Notes: generated by a model from the letters alone, not told the origin. 64,000 bases of DNA from an uncultured Gemmatimonadaceae bacterium (GCA_963822945.1 CAWGJO010000027.1:1-64000), one strand, 5' to 3'. Positions 19,203 to 29,801 are shown, counted from the stretch's first letter. Numbers and translations: made by a program.

Positions 19203-20471
19203 GTGGACATTGCTCGCCCCAAAAAGAAGAACACGAAGAAGTACGTGACCTACGCGATCGGCGCCGTGGCCGTCGTCGCGATCACGATCTTTCTGTCGCG
19301 CCTCAAGCCCGCGGCGCCCACCGTGGACGGCGGCACCCTCTGGACCGACACGGTGAGCCGGGGCAACATGGTGATCCAGGTGCGCGGACCCGGCAATCTG
19401 GTACCGGAGCACATCCGGCAGGTGACGGCGGCGGCCACCGGCCGCATCGACCGCCTGGTGGTGCAGCCCGGCGAACACGTGACGCCGGAGACGGTGCTGA
19501 TCGAGATGTCGAATCCGGACGTGGAGATCGCCGCGCTCTCGGCGCAGCAGGCCTGGGCCCAGGCGCGGTCGCAGCTGATCCAGATGCAGAGCGACCTCAC
19601 CAGCGCCCAGCTCTCGGAACAGGGCACGATCGCGACGCTCAAGACGCAGTATCTGCAGGCATTGAACAAGGCCCGATCCACCGATTCCCTCGCCATCAAG
19701 GGACTGGCGGCGGCCAACGACGTGTCGGAGAACCGGCAGTCGGTACAGGAGCTCGCCGATCGCACGAAACTGGAAGAGCAGCGGCTGGCGATCATGCGGC
19801 AGCAGGCCGACTCGCAGATCGCCGCGCAGCGCTCGCAGGTGCAACTGCTCAGGACGATGGCCGAGGCGCAGGAGAACAAGCGCAAGGGGCTGATGCTCCG
19901 GGCCGGCGACTCCGGCGTCCTCCAGGAAGACCAGACGCTGGAACTCGGGCAGTGGGTGACGGAGGGCCAGCTCGTGGCCAAGGTCGTCCAGCCGGGCAAG
20001 CTGAAGGCGGTTTTGCGGATTCCCGAAACCCAGGCCAAGGACGTATCCGTAGGGCAGAAGGCGCAGGTGGATACCCACAACGGGATCATTCCGGGCCATG
20101 TGGCGCGGAAGGACCCCACCTCGCAGAATGGGACGGTCACGGTGGACGTCGCCCTCGACGGCCCGCTGCCGGCGGGCGCGGTGCCCGACCTGAGCGTGGA
20201 TGGAACGATCACCATCGAGAGTCTGAACGACGTGTTGCATACCGGCCGGCCGGGATATGGCGCCGGGTCGGGAACCGTTGGGCTGTTCAAGGTTGTCGAA
20301 GGAGGGAACTACGCGGTCCGGACCCAGGTGGAGCTGGGCCGCAGTTCGGTGAACACCGTGGAGATCAAGCGCGGGCTGGCCGTCGGCGACACGGTGATCC
20401 TGTCGGACATGTCACAGTGGGATGCGGTGGATCGGGTGAAGTGCAGCCCGAAGTGCCGCGTGGGACAGTAG
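19203..20471 (+). CDS. Periplasmic adaptor (MacA/HlyD-family membrane fusion protein)
   Basis: N-terminal TM anchor, VRGPGNLVP, lipoyl halves around a coiled coil, GLAVGDTVILSD. Confidence 0.9.
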   Translation: MDIARPKKKNTKKYVTYAIGAVAVVAITIFLSRLKPAAPTVDGGTLWTDTVSRGNMVIQVRGPGNLVPEHIRQVTAAATGRIDRLVVQPGEHVTPETVLIEMSNPDVEIAALSAQQAWAQARSQLIQMQSDLTSAQLSEQGTIATLKTQYLQALNKARSTDSLAIKGLAAANDVSENRQSVQELADRTKLEEQRLAIMRQQADSQIAAQRSQVQLLRTMAEAQENKRKGLMLRAGDSGVLQEDQTLELGQWVTEGQLVAKVVQPGKLKAVLRIPETQAKDVSVGQKAQVDTHNGIIPGHVARKDPTSQNGTVTVDVALDGPLPAGAVPDLSVDGTITIESLNDVLHTGRPGYGAGSGTVGLFKVVEGGNYAVRTQVELGRSSVNTVEIKRGLAVGDTVILSDMSQWDAVDRVKCSPKCRVGQ

Positions 20472-20517
20472 CGCGGCATTCGCGCATCGGGACGACGTCA
20501 ATCAATCGGAGAGAACC

Positions 20518-21228
20518 ATGGCAACAGACGGGCAGGCGCTGATCCAGCTTCAGGGTATCAAGAAGGTGTTCTATACCGACGAAGTGGAAACGCACGCGCT
20601 GGCCGACGTGCATCTGGAGATCAAGCAGGGCGAGTACATCGCCATCTCCGGTCCCTCGGGCTGCGGCAAGACGACGCTGCTGTCGATTCTCGGATTGCTC
20701 GACACGCCGAGCGACGGCGAGTACCTGCTCGACAGCCGCCCGGTGGCAGGGCTCGACGCGGCCGATCGGGCGCGCGTACGCAACCGGCAGATCGGGTTCA
20801 TCTTCCAGGCGTTCAACCTGATCGGCGATCTCACGGTGTACGAGAACGTGGAACTGCCGCTCACCTACCGCGGCATGAGCGCCAGTGAGCGCAAGGAGCG
20901 CGTACACGCGGCGCTCGATCGCGTGGGCATGTCGCACCGGGTGAAGCACTTTCCGGCACAGCTCTCCGGCGGCCAGCAGCAGCGCGTGGCGGTGGCCCGC
21001 GCAGTGGCCGGCGACCCGGCCATCCTGCTCGCCGACGAACCGACGGGTAACCTCGATTCGGCCAACGGCGAGCAGGTGATGGATCTGCTGCGCGAACTGC
21101 ATCGGAACGGGGCCACGATCTGCATGGTGACGCACGATCCGCGCTACGCGGCGCATGCCGACCGCTCGGTGAACCTGTTCGACGGGCGCGTGGTGGACGA
21201 GCAACCGACGGTGCCGGCACACACGTAG
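20518..21228 (+). CDS. ABC transporter ATP-binding protein (MacB/LolD-type)
   Basis: GPSGCGKT, LSGGQQQRV, ILLADEPTGNLD, VTHD. Confidence 0.95.
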   Translation: MATDGQALIQLQGIKKVFYTDEVETHALADVHLEIKQGEYIAISGPSGCGKTTLLSILGLLDTPSDGEYLLDSRPVAGLDAADRARVRNRQIGFIFQAFNLIGDLTVYENVELPLTYRGMSASERKERVHAALDRVGMSHRVKHFPAQLSGGQQQRVAVARAVAGDPAILLADEPTGNLDSANGEQVMDLLRELHRNGATICMVTHDPRYAAHADRSVNLFDGRVVDEQPTVPAHT

Positions 21229-21270
21229 GACGGTCGGCGCGACCGGGAATCTTCGCCCGGGGAGGGATCG

Positions 21271-23703
21271 ATGTCCCAACTGTGGCAGGACCTGCGCTAC
21301 GCTGTACGGACGCTCCGACGCGACGCGACGGTAACGATTGTTGCCGTCGCGTCGATCGCACTGGCCATCGGCGCCAATGCGACGATCTACACGTGGCTCG
21401 ACCAGCTCGTGCTGCACCCCCTTCCCACCGTGCCCGAGGTCCACCGCATCGCGCAGTTCTACCTGGTGGCGCCACAAGGGACGCGGTGGAGCAGCATCTC
21501 GTACCCCGACCTCCAGGACTGGCAGCGCCAGACCACGGCATTCAGCGGCATTGCCGGCTACAACATGGTGATGGCCAGCGTCCGCACGGTGGGCCAGGCC
21601 GAGCGCGCCTTCGGCCTGCTCGTGACCTCCAACTATTTCGACGTGCTCGGCATCAAGCCGATGCTGGGGCGCGGGTTCCTCCCCGCCGAGGACAGCGTCG
21701 CCGGCGCGCATCCGGTGGCGATGATCTCCTACGACTACTGGCGTCGCAAGTTCGGCGCCGACTCGGCCGTGGTCGGATCGGCGGCGACGTTCAACGGGAC
21801 ACCGTTCACCATCGTCGGGGTCACCCCACCGGGGTTCTCTGGCAACTTCGTGGGTCTCTCGTTCGACTTCTGGGCGCCGCTGACCATGGCGACGTCGTTC
21901 GGGACCGCCGGCGGCGCGCTCACCTCTCGCGATCACCTCTGGATCTCGTCATTCGGCCGGCTCAAGCCGGGCGTGACGCTGGCCCGCGGTGCCGCCGACG
22001 TGCGTACCATCGAAGCCCGTTTGGCCTCGCAGTATTCCGATGACCGCAAGTATTCGGCCACGGCGCTCGGATTCGGATCCATGCCGCCGGTCGTGTGGTT
22101 CCGCCCCGCGTTCCTGGCGCTCCTCGGCATCACAGCGGTCATCCTGCTGATTGCGTGCGCCAACGTGGCGAACCTGCTCCTTGCGCGGGCAGCCGGCCGC
22201 ACCCGGGAAATGGGTATTCGCATCGCCCTGGGCGCCCGACGCACCCGCCTCGTGCGACAACTCCTGATCGAGAGCGCCGTACTCGCGGCGCTCGGCGGCG
22301 CTTTCGGACTGGCGATCACGGGATGGTGCAAGGGGCTGTTCGCCAGCTTCGTCCCGGCTGATGCGCCCATCCCGATCGTGCTGTCCCTCTCGGTGAACGG
22401 GCGCGTCGTGGCATTCGCCGCAGTGGTGACCATTGGCACCGTGCTGTTGTTCGGGCTCGCCCCCGCGCTCCGCGCGTCGCGGCCCGATCTCGTGCCGGCC
22501 CTCAAGGACGAATCCGTGGGCCGGGGGGCCAGCCGCTCGGGGCTCCGGAGCGCGCTCGCCGTGACACAGGTGGCCCTGTCGATGGTGGCGTTGGTGGCGG
22601 CCGGCCTGTTCGCGCGTAGCCTCCGGAATGCCGGCACTCTCGACCGCGGGTTCACGGATCCGGAACGGGTGATGGTCGCGGGAACCAGCATGGATCTCGC
22701 AAACTACGCGCCCGCCCGCGGAATGGCCTTCTACCAGAAGATCCTGCCGAAGATCGCCGCCGTACCGGGCGTGCGATCGGTGAGTCTGGTGCACAACGTT
22801 CCGCTCGGGTTCGGCGGCGAGTCGTCGAACGATGCCACGATCAGCGGGTACACGCCGCGGCCGGATGAGAACATGGCCATCCAGACCAACCGGGTGGGTC
22901 CCGACTACTTCGCCACCATGGGGACGCGGATAGTCGCCGGCCGGGAATTCACCGCGCAGGATCGCGCGGGCACCCTTCCCGTGGTGGTCGTGAACCGGGC
23001 CTTCGTGAACAAGTACTGGCCGGGACTCGACGCCATCGGCCGCCAGATCGACATCTCCGGTGAAACGCGCACGGTGGTCGGCGTCGTGGCCACGGGCAAG
23101 TACCGCCAGCTGAACGAACCGCCCACGCCGTTCATCTTCTTTCCGCTCACCCAGCGCTACGCCGGCAGCATGGCGTTCGTGGTGCGCACGGCCGTTCCCG
23201 TGGCGACGTTGATCGAACCGCTGCGCCGCCTGTTCGCCGATGTCGATCCCAACGTCCCCTTCCTCGACCCGCAGAGTCTGGCGACGTATACGAGCGCCTC
23301 GGTGTTCGTGCAGCGGGCAGTGGCGTGGATGCTTGGCGCATTCGGCGTGCTGGCGCTGGTATTGGCCGGCATGGGTCTGTATGCGGTGATCGCCTACGGC
23401 GTGGCGCAGCGGACCCGGGAACTCGGCATCCGGACGGCGCTCGGGGCCGGACGACGGGAGCTCGTGTTGATGGTGTTGCGGCAAGGAGCCCGCATCGCCG
23501 CGGTGGGCATCGTGATCGGCGGCGGCGCCGCGTTCGGGGTGGCGCAACTGCTCCGTGGGCAGCTCCTGGGCGTCAGCCCCACCGATCCGCCCACCGTCAT
23601 CGGGATCGCCGTACTATTGGGGGCCGTCTCGATGGCGGCCTCGTATCTTCCGGCACGGCGCGCCGCGCGTGTCGACCCCCTCGTGGCCCTGCGGTCCGAA
23701 TAA
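21271..23703 (+). CDS. ABC transporter permease, duplicated MacB/FtsX (ADOP-type)
   Basis: QDLRYAVRTL, LLIACANVANLLL, RTRELGIRTALGA, PARRAARVDPLVALRSE. Confidence 0.93.
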   Translation: MSQLWQDLRYAVRTLRRDATVTIVAVASIALAIGANATIYTWLDQLVLHPLPTVPEVHRIAQFYLVAPQGTRWSSISYPDLQDWQRQTTAFSGIAGYNMVMASVRTVGQAERAFGLLVTSNYFDVLGIKPMLGRGFLPAEDSVAGAHPVAMISYDYWRRKFGADSAVVGSAATFNGTPFTIVGVTPPGFSGNFVGLSFDFWAPLTMATSFGTAGGALTSRDHLWISSFGRLKPGVTLARGAADVRTIEARLASQYSDDRKYSATALGFGSMPPVVWFRPAFLALLGITAVILLIACANVANLLLARAAGRTREMGIRIALGARRTRLVRQLLIESAVLAALGGAFGLAITGWCKGLFASFVPADAPIPIVLSLSVNGRVVAFAAVVTIGTVLLFGLAPALRASRPDLVPALKDESVGRGASRSGLRSALAVTQVALSMVALVAAGLFARSLRNAGTLDRGFTDPERVMVAGTSMDLANYAPARGMAFYQKILPKIAAVPGVRSVSLVHNVPLGFGGESSNDATISGYTPRPDENMAIQTNRVGPDYFATMGTRIVAGREFTAQDRAGTLPVVVVNRAFVNKYWPGLDAIGRQIDISGETRTVVGVVATGKYRQLNEPPTPFIFFPLTQRYAGSMAFVVRTAVPVATLIEPLRRLFADVDPNVPFLDPQSLATYTSASVFVQRAVAWMLGAFGVLALVLAGMGLYAVIAYGVAQRTRELGIRTALGAGRRELVLMVLRQGARIAAVGIVIGGGAAFGVAQLLRGQLLGVSPTDPPTVIGIAVLLGAVSMAASYLPARRAARVDPLVALRSE

Positions 23704-23724
23704 TCCTTCCACGATATTCCGCTG

Positions 23725-24384
23725 ATGATCTCCCTTCGTAACGTCGAAAAGAGCTACCCCATTGCCGGCGGGCAGAGTTTCGTGCTCCGCCAGATCACGG
23801 CCGACATCAACGCCGGCGAGTTCGTGACCATCATGGGGCCGTCGGGCGCCGGCAAGTCCACCCTGCTGGCGATCCTCGGCATGCTCGACGGCTCGTGGAG
23901 CGGCGAGTACTTCCTGTTCGACCACGCCGTGCACAAGCTCGACACGAGGAAGCGGGTGGCGCTGCACAAACAGTACGTCGGGTTCGTGTTCCAGCAGTAC
24001 CACCTGCTCGACGACCTGACCGTCGCCGAGAACCTCGACATTCCGCTCTCGTACCGCGACATCAAGAAGTCCGAACGGCAGGCCATCGTGGCCGACACGC
24101 TGGACCGGTTCGGGATGGTGGCGAAGAAGGATCTGTATCCGCGGCAACTCTCGGGCGGTCAGCAGCAGCTCGTGGCCGTTGCGCGCTCGGTGATCCATCA
24201 GCCGGCCATCCTCCTGGCCGACGAGCCCACCGGCAACCTGCACTCCGCGCAGGGCGCCGAGATCATGGAGCTGTTCACGCGGCTCAACAAGCAGGGCACG
24301 ACCATCATCCAGGTGACGCACTCGGAAGTGAACGCCGGGTACGGCAACCGGATCATCAATCTCAAGGACGGCTGGATCGTCTGA
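23725..24384 (+). CDS. ABC transporter ATP-binding protein
   Basis: GPSGAGKST, LSGGQQQL, LLADEPTGNL, VTHS. Confidence 0.95.
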   Translation: MISLRNVEKSYPIAGGQSFVLRQITADINAGEFVTIMGPSGAGKSTLLAILGMLDGSWSGEYFLFDHAVHKLDTRKRVALHKQYVGFVFQQYHLLDDLTVAENLDIPLSYRDIKKSERQAIVADTLDRFGMVAKKDLYPRQLSGGQQQLVAVARSVIHQPAILLADEPTGNLHSAQGAEIMELFTRLNKQGTTIIQVTHSEVNAGYGNRIINLKDGWIV

Positions 24385-24408
24385 GCCGTCCCGCGAGGAT
24401 CAGGAACG

Positions 24409-26793
24409 ATGAACGACCTCCGCCTCGCTCTCCGTTCGCTGCGCAAGCGTCCGCTGTTCGCCGTGGTGGCCATCGTCACGCTGGCGCTCGGCATCGGCGC
24501 AACGACCACGCTGTTCACGATCGTGAACGCGGTGCTGCTGCGCCCGCTGCCATACCCGGATGCCGGCCGCATCGTCACGATCACCGAGCAGCAGGAACTG
24601 CAGGATCAGCAGGTCGCTCGGGTGCGCGACTATTACGCATGGCGCCACGCATCGGCGTTCTCGAGCCTCTCCATGTACGGAGGCACGAGCCGGGTCGTAC
24701 GCATTGCCGGCTCGCCGATGCGCGTGAGCGGACAGAGCGTATCGGCGTCGTTCTTCCCGGTGTTCCAGGCGCGCCCGGCGATGGGACGCACCTTCCGCCC
24801 CGACGAGGACGTGGACGGCGGGCCGGACGTGGTGGTGCTCTCGGACTCGCTCTGGCGGCGGCTCGGCGCCGACCCCGCGATGGTCGGGCATACGATCCGC
24901 CTGGACGATCGACCGGTGACCGTGCTCGGTGTGATGCCGCCGGGGTTCGCGGCACCGCGCAACGCGCTGTTCTGGGTGCCGATCCAGATGGACTCGATGC
25001 CGGACAATGGCTCAACCTATTACGTGCAGATCGTGGGCCGGCTCGAGCCGGGCGTCTCGATGGCCGCCGCGCGTTCGGAGATCGGGACGATCCTCGCCCA
25101 CCTCCCGCCCCCCGCGTGGGCCAGGGGCGCGCCGCCCGAGGGGCCGCGCACGCCGGTGTTGATGACGCTCCACGATCGACTGTACGGGGAGATGCGCCCC
25201 GCATTGTTGATGCTGCTCGGCGCCGTCGGGTTCCTGCTGCTGATCGCCTGTGTGAACGTGGCCAATCTGCTGCTCGCGCGCGGCGCGGGACGCCAACGCG
25301 AATTCGCGGTGCGTGTCGCGCTCGGCGCCTCGCGGTGGCGGCTGGCGCGGCAGTTGCTCTGGGAGAGCGTCGTGGTGAGCGTGATCGGGGGCGCGGCCGG
25401 GCTGCTGATCCCGCTCTGGACGCTGGGATTCTTCGTGGGAATCAGCCCGGCGAGCGTTTCGCGCGTGGGTGACATCCACCTGAACGGCGCGGTGCTGGCA
25501 TTCGCCGCGGCGCTCTCGATTCTCACCGGCATCGGCTTCGGCCTGATCCCCGCGTTCGCCGCAACGAGCGCCGATGTCTTCCGGTCGCTCAAGGAGGGGG
25601 GCACGCGGGCCACGGGGACCACGACGCAGCGTCGCATCCGGCAGGTACTCGTCGTCGCCGAACTGACCACGGCGCTCGTCGTGCTGATGGGAGCGGGACT
25701 GCTCACACGGAGCTTTGCACGGGCCGTGTCGGTGGACGTGGGATTCCAGCCCGCGCACGCGCTGAGGTTCGACCTGTCCCTCACGCGCTTGGCGTTCCCG
25801 AACGACTCGGCCGTCAGGCGATTCTTCGATCGGACGGCGCGTGAGATCGAGGCGTTGCCCGGTGTCACGTCGGTCGGCTACGCGGACTCTCCATTGCTCG
25901 GCGGCTACGCGATGACCACGCGGATGATGCTCCCGGGATCACGGAAGATCTCGCCGCCGATTGCCGTCGAGCGCGTGAGCGCCGACTACATGAAGGCGGT
26001 CGGCGTGAAGCTCGTTACGGGGCGTCTGATCGACGCGACCGATCGCGCGGGCGGGGAGCGCGTGATGGTGGTGAGCGAGGCGGCCGCCCAACTGCTCTAC
26101 CCGGGCCAGAACGCGGTCGGAAGAGCGAGCTACGCAGGCGATCCGCGCGCCGGTGAAGCCACGATCGTCGGGATCGTGCACGACCTGCGGGAACCGGGGT
26201 CGCCCACGCCGCGCCTGCCCCAGATCTACCTACCGATCACGCAGGTCCCGTCGTCTCCGTACACGATCGCGATCCGGTACACGGGAGATGGGGCGCCGCT
26301 GCTCGCGGCCATCCGCCGCATGATCGCCGGCTACGATCCGTTGCGCATGAGCGCGTCGGTCGCGCCGATGCAGGACCAGCTCGACACGGTCGTCGCCCCA
26401 CGCCGGTTCAATTCCATCGTCATCGACGTGTTCGCGGCCCTCGCGCTGGTGCTCGCCGCGGTGGGCCTCTATGGCGTCATGGCGTACCAGGTCACGCAGC
26501 GCACGCACGAACTGGGAATCCGCATGGCGCTGGGTGCCGACCGCCGCCGCGTGCTGCGGTTCGTGCTGCGCGAGGGCATGGATCTCGCGGCGCTGGGCAC
26601 GGTTTGCGGCATCGCGGTCTCCCTCGGCCTGTCGCGCCTGCTGGCGGGCATGTTGTTCGGCGTGACGCCGCGCGACGTGCCGACGTTTGCCGGAGTCTCG
26701 ATGACGCTCATCGCCGTCGCGCTCGTGGCCTGCTACCTGCCGGCGCGCCGCGCCACCAAGGTCGACCCGATGGTCGCGCTGCGCTACGAGTGA
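24409..26793 (+). CDS. ABC transporter permease, duplicated MacB/FtsX (ADOP-type)
   Basis: TLALGIGA, LLIACVNVANLLL, RTHELGIRMALGA, PARRATKVDPMVALRYE. Confidence 0.93.
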   Translation: MNDLRLALRSLRKRPLFAVVAIVTLALGIGATTTLFTIVNAVLLRPLPYPDAGRIVTITEQQELQDQQVARVRDYYAWRHASAFSSLSMYGGTSRVVRIAGSPMRVSGQSVSASFFPVFQARPAMGRTFRPDEDVDGGPDVVVLSDSLWRRLGADPAMVGHTIRLDDRPVTVLGVMPPGFAAPRNALFWVPIQMDSMPDNGSTYYVQIVGRLEPGVSMAAARSEIGTILAHLPPPAWARGAPPEGPRTPVLMTLHDRLYGEMRPALLMLLGAVGFLLLIACVNVANLLLARGAGRQREFAVRVALGASRWRLARQLLWESVVVSVIGGAAGLLIPLWTLGFFVGISPASVSRVGDIHLNGAVLAFAAALSILTGIGFGLIPAFAATSADVFRSLKEGGTRATGTTTQRRIRQVLVVAELTTALVVLMGAGLLTRSFARAVSVDVGFQPAHALRFDLSLTRLAFPNDSAVRRFFDRTAREIEALPGVTSVGYADSPLLGGYAMTTRMMLPGSRKISPPIAVERVSADYMKAVGVKLVTGRLIDATDRAGGERVMVVSEAAAQLLYPGQNAVGRASYAGDPRAGEATIVGIVHDLREPGSPTPRLPQIYLPITQVPSSPYTIAIRYTGDGAPLLAAIRRMIAGYDPLRMSASVAPMQDQLDTVVAPRRFNSIVIDVFAALALVLAAVGLYGVMAYQVTQRTHELGIRMALGADRRRVLRFVLREGMDLAALGTVCGIAVSLGLSRLLAGMLFGVTPRDVPTFAGVSMTLIAVALVACYLPARRATKVDPMVALRYE

Positions 26794-26867
26794 TCTCCGG
26801 CAAGCGTGCAGCCCTGCCCTTCTCGCCGGTTCGGGTTCGGCCGGCCGACGCACGGTTCTACTCAATG

Positions 26868-27033
26868 CTCTCATCCGTTTCAATCCGTTCTCATCCGTTC
26901 AGTCCGTATCCAATGGCGTTGGTCTCCAACGGTCTGAGCTCCGGTCTCGCGACCATGGAGCTCGATCGATCGAGCTTCTACGAGTCGGGATACGGATCGA
27001 ACGGATCTGAACGGATCTGAAACGGAAAACGAG
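26868..27033. repeat. ~166-bp imperfect palindrome (REPIN-like hairpin element), copy B
   Basis: TCCGT at 26874/26884/26894/26903 mirrored by ACGGA at 26992/27001/27011/27022; same TCCGTATCC...GGATACGGA core as copy A. Confidence 0.85.
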
Positions 27034-27105
27034 TGGAATGACCACGAACGGACTCGTGGCTCCCCGCCTGTGGCCCGCCGCCCGACATTCGCATAACGTT
27101 CCCGG

Positions 27106-28469
27106 ATGACTCCGCCCGCCAGCGCCCGTATCCTCGTTGCCGACGACGACCGCGACGTCCTCGAAGCCCTCCGCCTGCTGCTCCGGGGCGAGCGGTACGA
27201 CGTCGAGACCGCGGCTTCCCCCACGCCGTGGTGGCGGCAGTGAGCGCGAGCGATTTCGACGCGCTGCTCATGGACATGAACTACACCCGCGACACCACGG
27301 GCGGCGTGGAGGGCCTCGACCTGCTCAGCCGCCTGCAGGCACTCGACACCACGCTGCCGGTGATCGTGATGACGGCGTGGGGAAGCATCGAGGGCGCCGT
27401 GGCCGCGCTCAAGCACGGCGCCCGCGACTACATCGAGAAGCCGTGGGACAACGCGCGACTGCTGCACGTGCTGGCCACGCAGATCGAACTCGGGCGCGCC
27501 ATCCGCCGCAGCCAGCGCCTGGAGAGCGAGAACCGCGCCCTGCGGCCGGAGGGCGCGCCACAGCTCATCGCCCAGTCGGCGGCCATGCAGCCCGTGCTGC
27601 GGCTCATGGAACGCATCGGGCCATCGGATGCGAGCGCGCTGATCACGGGGGAGCACGGCACCGGAAAGGAAGTCGTGGCCGGGTGGCTCCATGCCGCGTC
27701 GGCCCGCCGCGCCCGCCCCATGGTGACGGTGAATCTCGGCGGCCTGTCCGAAGGCGTGTTCGAGAGCGAGCTGTTCGGACACGTGAAGGGATCGTTCACC
27801 GACGCCAAGTCCGACCGGGTGGGCCGCTTCGAGCTGGCCGACGGAGGGACGCTCTTCCTCGACGAGATCGCGAACCTCTCGGCCGCCCAGCAAGCCAAGC
27901 TGCTGCGGGTGCTGCAGACCGGCGAGTTCGAGCGCGTGGGCTCGTCGAAGACCCGGCGCGTGGATGTTCGCATTCTCGCCGCCACCAACGCCGACCTCCG
28001 CACCGAGGTGGCCGCCGGCCGGTTCCGCGAGGACCTGTTCTTCCGACTCAACACGGTGGAGATCCACCTGCCGCCGCTGCGCGAACGCCGAGACGACATT
28101 CCGCTGCTCGCCAAGCACTTTCTCGACCGCTTCGCCGCGCACTACCGCCGTCCCGTGCGCGAATTCACCCCCGCCGCGATGCAGGCGCTCCTCCGCTACT
28201 CCTGGCCCGGCAACGTGCGCGAACTCGCCCACGCCGTGGAACGCGCCACGCTCCTCGCCCAGGGTGAAGCAATGGAGGCAGCCGACCTGGCACTGCAGCC
28301 CTCCACGGCCGCCACGCCCTCGCTCGAAGACATGAGCCTGGAGGACGTGGAGCGCGTACTGATCAGCAAGGCCATGGCGCGCTACGAGGGCAATGTGAGC
28401 CAGGCCGCCAGTGCGCTCGGCCTCTCGCGAAGCGCCCTCTACCGGCGCCTGCAGCGCCACAACCTCTAG
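27106..28469 (+). CDS. Sigma-54-dependent response regulator (REC-AAA+-Fis HTH), frameshift in a C run at ~27218-27222
   Basis: MTPPASARILVADDD joins ORF 27228..28469 by adding one C; LLMDMN, GEHGTGKE, GSFTDA (GAFTGA variant), LFLDEI, WPGNVREL, terminal HTH. Confidence 0.92.
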
Positions 28470-28478
28470 CGGGCAGCC

Positions 28479-29786
28479 ATGGCGTCACACGAACGCCAGG
28501 TGACTCTGCTCGCGCTGCTCTCGCCGCTGCCGGCGCTGGTCATCGCGCTGGCCCTGCTCTGGACCGGCGGATTCGAGCCGCGTCTCCAGTGGACCCTCAC
28601 CGTGTTGCTGGTGGCCCTCTGGCTGGCGCTCGCGCTCATGCTGCGCGAACGCGTCGTGCGGCCGCTGCAGACACTGTCGAACATGCTGGCGGCCATTCGC
28701 GAACAGGACTACTCCCTGCGCGGCCGGCGAGCCAGCGCCGATGACGCGCTGGGCCTCGCCATGCTCGAGATGAACACGCTCATGGACGAGCTGCGCGAAC
28801 GCCGGCTCGGCGCGCTCGAGGCCACGGCGCTGCTGCAGCGCGTGATGACCGAGATCGACGTCGCCGTGTTCGCCTTCGACGACGCCGGCGCGCTGCGCGT
28901 GGTCAACGCCGCCGGCGAACGACTGCTGGGCGCCGGTCCGGAGCGCCTGCTCGGCCGGCGCGCCGAGGAGCTGGGACTCGGCGAGTGTCTGCAGGGTGAG
29001 GCGCCGCGCGTCGTCGAACTCGCGCTCGGCGCGCAGCGCGGCCGCTGGGAGGTGCGGCGCGGCGGCTTCCGGCAGGGTGGCCGCCCGCACCAGTTCGTGG
29101 TGCTCGCCGATGTCAGCCGCGCGCTCCGCGAGGAGGAGCGGAAGGCCTGGCAGCGCCTCATCCGCGTGCTCGGTCACGAGATCAACAATTCGATTGCGCC
29201 CATCAAGTCGCTGGCCGAACAGTTCCAGACACTGCTCGGGCGTCAGATGCCGGACGACGACATGCGCGACGACATGCGCCGCGGTATGGGCGTGATTGCG
29301 AACCGCTCCGAAGCCCTGAGCCGTTTTCTGGCCTCGTACACCAAGCTCGCCAAGCTCCCGGCGCCACGCCTGGCGCCGATCAGCGTGGGCGCATGGGTCA
29401 ACCGCATCGCGCAACTCGAGACGCGGCTGGCCGTGGAGGTCGTGCCCGGCCCCCAGGTGACACTGCTGGCGGACGGCGACCAGCTCGACCAGCTCCTGAT
29501 CAACGTGATCCGGAACGCCGTGGACGCGGCACTCGAGACCGGCGGCGGGGTGCGGGTCTCGTGGTCCCGCACGGGAGCGCACTTCGAGTTGGTGGTGCAG
29601 GACGACGGACCCGGGCTGCCGAGGACGAGCAACCTGTTCGTGCCGTTCTTCACCACGAAGCCGGGCGGCACGGGTATCGGGCTCGTGTTGTCGCAGCAGA
29701 TCGCCGAGGGACACGGCGGAAGCCTGACGCTCGTGGACCGCCAAGATACCCATGGCTGCGAGGCAAGGCTCGTGTTGCCCTGCTGA
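28479..29786 (+). CDS. Membrane sensor histidine kinase (NtrY-like, PAS)
   Basis: Two N-terminal TMs, GHEINNS H-box, NVIRNA, DDGPG, FFTTKPGGTGIGL. Confidence 0.92.
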   Translation: MASHERQVTLLALLSPLPALVIALALLWTGGFEPRLQWTLTVLLVALWLALALMLRERVVRPLQTLSNMLAAIREQDYSLRGRRASADDALGLAMLEMNTLMDELRERRLGALEATALLQRVMTEIDVAVFAFDDAGALRVVNAAGERLLGAGPERLLGRRAEELGLGECLQGEAPRVVELALGAQRGRWEVRRGGFRQGGRPHQFVVLADVSRALREEERKAWQRLIRVLGHEINNSIAPIKSLAEQFQTLLGRQMPDDDMRDDMRRGMGVIANRSEALSRFLASYTKLAKLPAPRLAPISVGAWVNRIAQLETRLAVEVVPGPQVTLLADGDQLDQLLINVIRNAVDAALETGGGVRVSWSRTGAHFELVVQDDGPGLPRTSNLFVPFFTTKPGGTGIGLVLSQQIAEGHGGSLTLVDRQDTHGCEARLVLPC

Positions 29787-29801
29787 CTTTCCGACTGGCG
29801 G

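Noticed and set aside
27210..27230. Programmed frameshift or phase-variable tract in the response regulator
   Set aside because: Only a C5 run; better explained as a homopolymer sequencing error given similar lesions elsewhere.
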